A stretch of 64,000 nt of DNA from a virus. The DNA lies in the IMG/VR virus record IMGVR_UViG_3300020048_002392, positions 1-64,000 of that record. One strand, given 5' to 3'. Under the pieces are notes generated by a model, which ran no database searches, was not told the DNA's origin, and worked only from the letters and a program-made list of their open reading frames with translations. This document shows positions 37,641 through 45,605 of this stretch, piece by piece (the first letter of the stretch is position 1; each line of letters starts with the position of its first letter). The position numbers and the translations under genes were made by a program.

Positions 37641-38763
37641 GTTATATCTATGCCATGAAAATACTATTGACACGAATAAAGATAGAGTAGTAATATCTCA
37701 AGAAAACGGATATTACATGCACGAAGTAATTCAGAAGATATCAAATGGTACTCTTTTTAAGTGCGCAAATAGTATCGACGATTTAATAAAGGGCAAGGAT
37801 ATATCGGAATTCTTTTCCGAACTTATTGACTTTTGTGTACAAAGGGATCGCCCTCTTTGCATATACACGGATAAGAAAACATTTGCATTCATTCAACTTG
37901 CTTGGTTCAATTTGATATTCAAAGAACCATCCTTTGAAACGTGCGAGATACTATATAACTCAAATGTATTTAAATACGATATGTTTTATAAAGGAAGGTT
38001 TTCTTCAAACCACGGTTCAAAGATAAAAATAGATTTGGCTTTGAATACTGGAACTCTTAAAAGTATATATGATAAAGTTCCTCACGCAGCAAATGCAAAG
38101 AAAAGAAGTTTCTTTGCAAGATATTCTAAATACGTAAGTGTTGAATACTTATTAGCATCGTATGTACACAACGGTTCTATGAAAAAAGAATTAAAAGAGA
38201 ATATAAGAAGACTCTTGAGAAAAGACATAGAAAAATACATATACGAATTAAAAGAAATATTCGTAATACATTTTACAACTCGGACCTTTAAAGAAAGACT
38301 AGGTTTAGAAAAAGAATACGATATTCAAAACATGCAGGACATAGTGAATGACAAATCTAAATTTGCAGAACTCTTTATGTCCAATAGACTATTCTTTGTA
38401 TCAGGGATGGATCTACCATCGAGTAAGATGAATAAAAATTTTAGATTTGAACAAATAACTGATGAAGACGTAAATAACTTTAAAGAATTCACTGTTTTAT
38501 CCGGCACAACTTGGGGAGAAGAAGCAGTCTATCAGTTTATCAAATCAGATATAAACAAATTGGACTTTATTGATATTATAAATGACGAGTTTACTGATAA
38601 GAGATTGGAAGATCTATTAAATGCAGAGTCTACGTATGAACATGCTGCCGGTTCATTCTTTTCAATAGATTTGGAAACTGTAAATAACTATCTTGTAGAA
38701 TACATATTAGACTCAAGATTTAAAAACGATAGAGAAAATCTTAGAAGCATGACTCTATGCTAA
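37621..38763 (+). CDS. hypothetical protein in radical SAM cluster
   Basis: 380-aa ORF with a GTG start after AGGAG; overlaps both neighbours. Confidence 0.7.
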   Translation: MFHLAHKLYLCHENTIDTNKDRVVISQENGYYMHEVIQKISNGTLFKCANSIDDLIKGKDISEFFSELIDFCVQRDRPLCIYTDKKTFAFIQLAWFNLIFKEPSFETCEILYNSNVFKYDMFYKGRFSSNHGSKIKIDLALNTGTLKSIYDKVPHAANAKKRSFFARYSKYVSVEYLLASYVHNGSMKKELKENIRRLLRKDIEKYIYELKEIFVIHFTTRTFKERLGLEKEYDIQNMQDIVNDKSKFAELFMSNRLFFVSGMDLPSSKMNKNFRFEQITDEDVNNFKEFTVLSGTTWGEEAVYQFIKSDINKLDFIDIINDEFTDKRLEDLLNAESTYEHAAGSFFSIDLETVNNYLVEYILDSRFKNDRENLRSMTLC

Positions 38764-39770
38764 ATGATGATATCTATAAGGCAATATCTAATAAAATAAT
38801 TCTTCATAGTGAGATAGTAGTATGCTTATTCGAGCATTGCAATATGGAATGCATATTCTGTCCGCAGAAACACGATAATATAGTAGGAGCTTCAAGAGAA
38901 GAGATACTTTCTAAAGTAGATTCTATAGTAAACTATATCAACAATAATAAACGCTCAACTCATTTTAAAATACATGCAATGGGTGGAGAACTGTTTCAAG
39001 ATCAATGGATTGAAAAAGGTTTCTTAGAAATATATTCAGATTTCATAAAAGAAATACAAAGCCGAGTAGATAAAGAAATAGAATTTAACTTTATTACGAA
39101 TTTGGTATTTGATAACACTGATTTAGTAATGCAGTTTATAGAGTCGAATAATCTTTTAATCTCTGTATCATATGACGCTAAGGGTAGATTTAGTTTATCG
39201 CAATTTGAAATATTTAAAAGAAACATAGAAATATTTAAAGACAAGATACGAATGATATCTTGCGTTGGCACAAAACAGAATATGAGAGCAATCATAAACG
39301 GTAACGAATACTTTAGTTACTTATATGACATGTTTCCGTGTGATTGGGATTCATTCCTTCCGTCCGTGCCGGTTTCTGAAAAGCTTATGCCAGCTGAAAC
39401 TGAACTATTAGAGTTCTATAAATTTTTAGTTGACAACTACCCAAGATGTATAAACATATCATACTTTACCGAAGACTCTGTTTCTAATAAAATGTCTTGC
39501 ACCAGAGGAAACAGTCACACGGTCATGCCGGATGGGTCTACTCCAAAAGGTTGTTCCGGATCAGTACTACTTACAAGCCCAACATCAAACGATCTTTTTT
39601 CTGGCGCTATAGTAGAGAAATTCATAAATACATATGATTGCTTCCAATGTGAATTCTATAAGAAGTGTCCTTTTACTTGCTTTATTAAAAATGATTACTC
39701 TAAGATAAAGCGTGATCTAGGTGAATGCGTTTTTAAGGAGACGTTTAAATATGTTAAGGAAAAAAATTAA
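38757..39770 (+). CDS. radical SAM protein with SPASM-like C-terminus
   Basis: CNMECIFC, MGGE and C-terminal C...GC...CFQCEFYKKCPFTC...C. Confidence 0.9.
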   Translation: MLNDDIYKAISNKIILHSEIVVCLFEHCNMECIFCPQKHDNIVGASREEILSKVDSIVNYINNNKRSTHFKIHAMGGELFQDQWIEKGFLEIYSDFIKEIQSRVDKEIEFNFITNLVFDNTDLVMQFIESNNLLISVSYDAKGRFSLSQFEIFKRNIEIFKDKIRMISCVGTKQNMRAIINGNEYFSYLYDMFPCDWDSFLPSVPVSEKLMPAETELLEFYKFLVDNYPRCINISYFTEDSVSNKMSCTRGNSHTVMPDGSTPKGCSGSVLLTSPTSNDLFSGAIVEKFINTYDCFQCEFYKKCPFTCFIKNDYSKIKRDLGECVFKETFKYVKEKN

Positions 39771-41442
39771 GTTTGCATTTATAAATCCACCACACGCGGA
39801 TTGGTCATTGGCAAACAACATGACGTATCTAATATGTCAGAGTTATTATAATCATTTTGGTAAATATAAAGACGACGTTGAATGGATTCCAGCGCCGTAT
39901 AAGTTTGACTTATATAAAGACATAGAAGAGATAGTAGATCTTCTTACTCCAGCGGATGTTATTATGTTTAGTTCTTATGCATGGAACTATACTATATGTG
40001 ACGACGTGGCAAAAATAATCAAAGAAAAATACCCAGAAAAGATATTACTATTAGGTGGTCCTCACATTGGAACAAACGAGCCCGATCTTTTAAGCAAAAG
40101 AACATTCTATGATTATGTATGTCAACCTACTAAACCAGGTGAGACATTTATTCAGGACGTAATAGACTGCATTATTGAAGACAGGTTATCTTCTGAAAAT
40201 ATATCTTGGGAACTAAATAGCAAACGTGGAATAAGTGCAGCATTTGATGTAGATTATTCAGTATACGAGGAACACCTAGATTACCTTACTGAAATGGTAA
40301 GTTATGCAAAAAAATATAAATTAGAACCATTCGTTGTAATAGAAACAACACGAGGATGCCCATATAAGTGTGTGTATTGTGAATGGGGTGGTGGAATTGG
40401 TACAAAAATAATAAAGAAAGATATAGAATTAGTTAAAAGAGATATCTTAGCGCTAAAGAAAGCTGGTTTCAGAGACGCGTATTTAACAGATGCAAACTTC
40501 GGCGCATTCGAAGAAAGAGATGTATCTATCTTCAAGTTTGCATGGGATCACAAGTTTAATCTAACAGATATTAGTACAATGAAATCTAAAGATCTAAATA
40601 GAAGAAAGAGATTAATCGATTCTATATCAAATATAGTTGGAAAAGGGCCAGAAAAACATTCAGTTTCTGAAGGTGGAACTGATATGTGGGGAAATACAGA
40701 ATACATATCTGTAATACCAGCAGTAAGCATTCAAAGTGTTAGCGAAGTTGCCATGAAAATTGCCGATCGTGTAGACCTAAGCTTAAAGGATAAGTTAGAA
40801 CTTTCAAAATATGTAAATCATATGTGTAGTAAAGAAGATTATCCAATACCAGCAGTAGAATTAATTCTTGGTATGCCAGGTTCAACGCTTGATGATTTTT
40901 ATACTGAAGCGAATATCCTATGGGACTTTAAAGCATGGTCAAGCTTTAGACACGACTATATGTTTCTACCAGATTCCAGATTAAACTCGAAAGAATATAA
41001 AGAAAAATACCAAATAGAAACGGTAGAAGTTTATTCTGATATCGTGGATGAAGATGGCACTGATAACTGGCACAACTTATATAAAAACAAAAGGACATAC
41101 TTTAAAACTATAAGATCGTGCTTTTCTTTTACGTCGGAAGATATGTATGAAATGTGGTTTATGAACAATGCTACAAATTACTTATTAAAAAACATTTATC
41201 CAATGTTGGAAAATTATGCGTCACCTAAAGAATTTGCCAAAGAAGCTTACAACGTAATAAATACTATAGAAGGATTTGACGATATCTATCAAGAAATCGT
41301 AGACATATTGAATCCTAATACACCTCCAAAATCCATAAGAAAATTAGGTGACAATTTTAGAGCAAAGACTATAGAAGATTTTCTTGTTAAAAACAATATA
41401 ATCCTAAAATCTGAAATAACGAAAAGGTTGTTAATAAAATAA
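39751..41442 (+). CDS. cobalamin-binding radical SAM enzyme (class B methyltransferase-like)
   Basis: N-terminal B12-binding-like region (FSSYAWN, LLGGPH), ETTRGCPYKCVYC, DANFG and ELILGMPG. The start at 39751 follows AAGGAG. Confidence 0.88.
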   Translation: MLRKKIKFAFINPPHADWSLANNMTYLICQSYYNHFGKYKDDVEWIPAPYKFDLYKDIEEIVDLLTPADVIMFSSYAWNYTICDDVAKIIKEKYPEKILLLGGPHIGTNEPDLLSKRTFYDYVCQPTKPGETFIQDVIDCIIEDRLSSENISWELNSKRGISAAFDVDYSVYEEHLDYLTEMVSYAKKYKLEPFVVIETTRGCPYKCVYCEWGGGIGTKIIKKDIELVKRDILALKKAGFRDAYLTDANFGAFEERDVSIFKFAWDHKFNLTDISTMKSKDLNRRKRLIDSISNIVGKGPEKHSVSEGGTDMWGNTEYISVIPAVSIQSVSEVAMKIADRVDLSLKDKLELSKYVNHMCSKEDYPIPAVELILGMPGSTLDDFYTEANILWDFKAWSSFRHDYMFLPDSRLNSKEYKEKYQIETVEVYSDIVDEDGTDNWHNLYKNKRTYFKTIRSCFSFTSEDMYEMWFMNNATNYLLKNIYPMLENYASPKEFAKEAYNVINTIEGFDDIYQEIVDILNPNTPPKSIRKLGDNFRAKTIEDFLVKNNIILKSEITKRLLIK

Positions 41443-41963
41443 TGATAAAAGATATTTACACAAAGGGATTTGTAAAACTAAGTGAACCGTCCGCTCTAGA
41501 CCTTATAAGGATTGACGAGTTCAGACTACTTAACGTAGAAGAAAGAGCAAGAGATAACGGTGTAAAAGACGTTAGTCCAGAATTATCAAAGAGAATGGAT
41601 GTATTTGCGCAATACTTAAAAACAAAATACATACTACCAGAATGGCCCGATGCAAAATATAATAAGTTTTTAGTTTGGGACGGAGTTGATGCTGACAACC
41701 AAGGTTGGCATACTGATATGTTTGAAAACTACGATGTCTTCTTTCTTTACTATTTCGATACTCAATACGAAGAAACAGGCGGATCTATAAATTTCAAGTG
41801 GGGATCTTTAGAAGATAAGGAAGAAACGGCTCAGTTCTACCCTCAAGCAGGAGACCTATTCATGGTAAACAATTGCAGAGGATTTTGGCATAGGGCAGAG
41901 TCAACAAAGATTACACGAAGACTAGCAAGCTTTGATTTTAGTGTAGGTTTAGAAGATGACTAA
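41442..41963 (+). CDS. 2OG-Fe(II) oxygenase
   Basis: WHTD, GGSI, P.AGD and FWHRA...RR. Confidence 0.8.
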   Translation: MIKDIYTKGFVKLSEPSALDLIRIDEFRLLNVEERARDNGVKDVSPELSKRMDVFAQYLKTKYILPEWPDAKYNKFLVWDGVDADNQGWHTDMFENYDVFFLYYFDTQYEETGGSINFKWGSLEDKEETAQFYPQAGDLFMVNNCRGFWHRAESTKITRRLASFDFSVGLEDD

Positions 41964-42255
41964 TGAAATAGAAGAGTTGCTTGCCAAGAAACAAATCATC
42001 GGAGATGAAAGGGATCTATGCGCAGAGTTATATAACGTATGGATTACCAAATTGCATGATTTTCAAAAAGACCCGGTAAAGTATAAAATGTATATGGATA
42101 TGATACAAATGATGGAACCGTATGGCGCGCAATTAAAGGAAGAGATACGCGAAATAAACAGAAGACTCTGCGAAATAGAAGGTGTCGATTCAATCGGTGA
42201 AACGGATTATGTTAGAGAATGCAACAACAAGTACGGCAAGGCCAAACCAAATTGA
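41956..42255 (+). CDS. hypothetical protein
   Basis: 99-aa helical-looking ORF overlapping both neighbours. Confidence 0.6.
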   Translation: MTNEIEELLAKKQIIGDERDLCAELYNVWITKLHDFQKDPVKYKMYMDMIQMMEPYGAQLKEEIREINRRLCEIEGVDSIGETDYVRECNNKYGKAKPN

Positions 42256-42752
42256 TAATTGAAGACTTTTTCACTAAAGGATTTGTTCACTCTAAATTTG
42301 ACATAGACGTCGTAGATATGTTTAAGAATGATCACTTTATTGACTGTAATTCTAAAGAAGCAGATGATCAGACAATCGGTGAAGAGGCACAACTAAAACT
42401 AAATGAAATACATTTGTACATTGGAAAGAGTATCGTAAAGAAAGTATTTAGTAACTTTACTTATCATAGAAATGGAATGTGGTGTGGGGTTGATACTGGA
42501 TCTGCAGAATGGCATAATGATTTTATTGATGGCGACCCTTTTACAAGCAACCTTTTAATATATCTAGAAGATGGTGAACCTTATGGTAATTCTATAGAAG
42601 TAAAGAACCAATTTGAAGAGTATAAAGTTATGCCAAAACCAAATGAATATGTTTGGCTAAATCAAAACAAAAAATTTATGCATAGAGCGACTCATAAAAG
42701 CGGCCCAAGAAGATTACTATCATTTGAATTTTATATACCAGCATTGGTTTAA
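42219..42752 (+). CDS. 2OG-Fe(II) oxygenase, paralogue of 41442
   Basis: WHND and FMHRA...RR. The true start may be the TTG at 42252, which overlaps the upstream TGA. Confidence 0.75.
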   Translation: MQQQVRQGQTKLIIEDFFTKGFVHSKFDIDVVDMFKNDHFIDCNSKEADDQTIGEEAQLKLNEIHLYIGKSIVKKVFSNFTYHRNGMWCGVDTGSAEWHNDFIDGDPFTSNLLIYLEDGEPYGNSIEVKNQFEEYKVMPKPNEYVWLNQNKKFMHRATHKSGPRRLLSFEFYIPALV

Positions 42753-42754
42753 TC

Positions 42755-43792
42755 ATGGATCTAATTATCAAACCCACTGAAGTTTGTAACTTCAAATGTA
42801 CATTCTGCTCTTCTACAAAGATATCAGAGGAACACACCTCGCAGTTAGATCTGGAGAAAGTCTTTAGATTCCTTAAGAGATATCCTGAGACAAAGACAAT
42901 CATTGTAAACGGCGGTGATCCTCTTATGATGAGTCCTGCGTACTATTGGCGAATGATTAAACACTTAGAAGAAAACAATTACCCTGCGACTATCTCTCTT
43001 ACTACAAACCTTTGGCCTTTCTATAAGAACGTCTCTAAGTGGAAGACTTTATTTCTACACCCGAGGATTGGAATCTCAACATCATTCCAATATGGAAACG
43101 GTAGACTGAAAGGAGACTACTCAGTATTTACAGAGGAAGACTTCTGGGCAGCATCTGATACAATGTTAAAAGAGATCGGCTATAGGCCAACGTTCATAGC
43201 AGTCATTACAGAAGAGAATGAAGACACTGCGTTGAAAACTGTTGAACTTGCAAAAAAGATGGACGTAGTATGTAAAGTAAACTATGCTATGGCTTCAGGT
43301 GACCAAGGAGTACCTTATCGTTTATCAAAGATATATGAGAAGTACATTGAGATCTGGAAGGCAGGTCTTGCTCCGTGGGAACACAACACACAGCAGATGA
43401 TGAAGAGACTCCGCGGTGAACAAACTATCTGCCCTCAAACTAGAACCTGCGACTCGAGTATTCGAACGATACAGCCAGAAGGAGACTATTATTCCTGCGG
43501 TGCGTTCGGCGACGATCGTGATAAAGCTATTGATTTTGAATACGAAATGAATGGCGGATTTTCAACTCCTCTTGCTGATGACTTTAACTTACTATCGTTA
43601 AAGCAAGTTTGTTTCTCGTGTCCGATGTTTGAAATATGTAACGGCTGTAGAAAGACTGTTAAGGATCTGAAAGAACATAGAATGGTAGAAGATCATTGTA
43701 AGCATATGAAGCAACTTGCGCCAGATATTATAGAATCAAACGGATTGAATTTAGAGGTAACACCATATGTCTACGAAGGGCTACACGGTTAG
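42755..43792 (+). CDS. radical SAM/SPASM domain protein
   Basis: IIKPTEVCNFKCTFC, GGDP, and CPQTRTC...SC...CFSCPMFEICNGC...HC. Confidence 0.93.
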   Translation: MDLIIKPTEVCNFKCTFCSSTKISEEHTSQLDLEKVFRFLKRYPETKTIIVNGGDPLMMSPAYYWRMIKHLEENNYPATISLTTNLWPFYKNVSKWKTLFLHPRIGISTSFQYGNGRLKGDYSVFTEEDFWAASDTMLKEIGYRPTFIAVITEENEDTALKTVELAKKMDVVCKVNYAMASGDQGVPYRLSKIYEKYIEIWKAGLAPWEHNTQQMMKRLRGEQTICPQTRTCDSSIRTIQPEGDYYSCGAFGDDRDKAIDFEYEMNGGFSTPLADDFNLLSLKQVCFSCPMFEICNGCRKTVKDLKEHRMVEDHCKHMKQLAPDIIESNGLNLEVTPYVYEGLHG

Positions 43793-44714
43793 TATTAACC
43801 CATCTTATTTTTGTAACTTTAGCTGTGATTTTTGTTATCTTACTAAATCTCAATTAGCTGATACAAAAAAGATTTCTTTAGAAAGACTAGATGAACTTCT
43901 TTCACAGGTTCCAAAGATAGAGTATGTTGATCTTTACGGTGGAGAGATCGGCGCGTTAAAGAAATCATACTTCTATGATATGAAAGACGTGATAAGAAAA
44001 CATTATCAGGATGACATAAATATAATTACAAACTATTCAATGATACACGAAGGTTTCTATGATGATGACGTTATACTTGGAGTGTCGTATGATTTTGAAG
44101 CAAGGGAAAAACACGAAATTGTTTTTAAGAATATGATGATTTCACCAGTACCAATTTCAGTTTTAATACTTGCTTCAAAAGAAGTAATTCAAAAAGATGT
44201 AGAAGAAATGATTTCTCTTCTTAATATATGTTCTGCAATAACTTCAGTAGAAATAAAACCTTATTCGATTAATCAAGCAAACGCTGATAGAGTTACACAT
44301 AGAGATTTTGAAGTGTTCGTTCAGAAATGGTTAGATGCAAAGACTGAGAAACTATTTCAATTTATAAATGAAGATAAGATAAAAGAATCTCTATCAAAAG
44401 AATACAACGCGTTCTCTGATAATCATATATACATAACGCCGAACGGCAAGTTTGCTGTTTTAGAGTTTGATAAGGATGATAAGGAATATTTTTTAGAACT
44501 TAATAGTTGGGGTGAATATATAGAATGGACGAAAAAGGAAAAAGAAAACATAAGTCCTTTCTGTAAGGAGTGTATATATTTTGGAAACTGTTTAACAGAA
44601 CATTATAGATACGTGGATAATTTAGAAAACAGTTGCAATGGATATAAAGGGTTATTGGATTTTTATAATGAAAGAATGGAAAATAAGACAAGAGATATAT
44701 CACAGACTACATAA
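43767..44714 (+). CDS. radical SAM protein with partial SPASM domain
   Basis: CNFSCDFC, LYGGEI and C-terminal CKECIYFGNC...SC. Confidence 0.88.
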   Translation: MSTKGYTVSINPSYFCNFSCDFCYLTKSQLADTKKISLERLDELLSQVPKIEYVDLYGGEIGALKKSYFYDMKDVIRKHYQDDINIITNYSMIHEGFYDDDVILGVSYDFEAREKHEIVFKNMMISPVPISVLILASKEVIQKDVEEMISLLNICSAITSVEIKPYSINQANADRVTHRDFEVFVQKWLDAKTEKLFQFINEDKIKESLSKEYNAFSDNHIYITPNGKFAVLEFDKDDKEYFLELNSWGEYIEWTKKEKENISPFCKECIYFGNCLTEHYRYVDNLENSCNGYKGLLDFYNERMENKTRDISQTT

Positions 44715-45072
44715 AGAGTATGATGACGATTTGAATAAAGTCAACATAGTTATATCTGAAGACGTGATTAAAGATGCAATAAGACATTTTAATGAATATG
44801 TAGAGGATTGGATATATCCTTCGAAAAGCTATTTCGTTGCTATATGTTATGCGTATTGGTTATCAGAAGAGTTTAATGAAAACTTTTATGATCTTTTAAA
44901 CGACCCAGATCTATTAGCAGGAAATGACCCTTATTACACTACATACAACAAAGATAAGAATACATATGATTCAATATTAAGTGGTATAAAACTTCCGATT
45001 GAATATAAAGGTATGGTGAACGAAGTAAGAAAATATTATGACGAGGAATTTAATGACCCAGCAAAATTCTGA
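44668..45072 (+). CDS. hypothetical protein in radical SAM cluster
   Basis: MKEWKIRQEIYHRL...WIYPSKSYFVAICYA; overlaps both neighbours. Confidence 0.65.
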   Translation: MKEWKIRQEIYHRLHKEYDDDLNKVNIVISEDVIKDAIRHFNEYVEDWIYPSKSYFVAICYAYWLSEEFNENFYDLLNDPDLLAGNDPYYTTYNKDKNTYDSILSGIKLPIEYKGMVNEVRKYYDEEFNDPAKF

Positions 45073-45562
45073 TTACCTTAATCTATGGCCTACCACAGTA
45101 TATAAGTCTACATTTGAAGTAAATGAAGATATGATAATATCTGCAATGCAAAAGGAAATTCATCAATCTATATATGATCTATCTTTAAAATATTTTGATG
45201 ATTACTTAAAAGAAGTTATAGGTATTTCTTTGTATGATTATAAAGGATATAGACTAGATTCTTGGATAAATAGATATGAAAATACGGATATGGAATATCA
45301 CACTCATAATGGCTCTCAGCTAAGTGCAGTTTTCTATCTAGTAGTTGAAGGTGACGGTGGAGAAATAACTTTTTACGACCCTAGGTTTTTTGCAGCGAGG
45401 GGATACGATATGAACTTTAGAAAGCTGCATAGTAACTTTGTATTAAAACCTAGTAGTGGTGACTTTGTGATATTTCCAAGCTTCTTATATCATTCGGTAA
45501 AAATATCAAAAGGGTTTAAGATATCAATACCGGTGGATTTGTTTTTGTTTAATGATAACTAA
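45053..45562 (+). CDS. 2OG-Fe(II) oxygenase (TIGR02466-like)
   Basis: LWPT, SWIN, YHTH, SAVFY, ITFYDPR and IFPSFLYHSV. Confidence 0.82.
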   Translation: MTQQNSDYLNLWPTTVYKSTFEVNEDMIISAMQKEIHQSIYDLSLKYFDDYLKEVIGISLYDYKGYRLDSWINRYENTDMEYHTHNGSQLSAVFYLVVEGDGGEITFYDPRFFAARGYDMNFRKLHSNFVLKPSSGDFVIFPSFLYHSVKISKGFKISIPVDLFLFNDN

Positions 45563-45563
45563 A

Positions 45564-45571
45564 TATAAATA
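45564..45571 (+). promoter_or_regulatory. late promoter
   Basis: Intergenic TATAAATA upstream of 45606. Confidence 0.75.
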
Positions 45572-45605
45572 GATCAACTCGTATAGCAAAAGGCTGCATA
45601 TTTAA

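Noticed and set aside
35284-44714. Radical SAM genes as QueE, NrdG or MoaA-type housekeeping enzymes
   Set aside because: They carry SPASM-type C-terminal cysteines, and no queC/queD/folE, nrdD or moa genes accompany them in the window.
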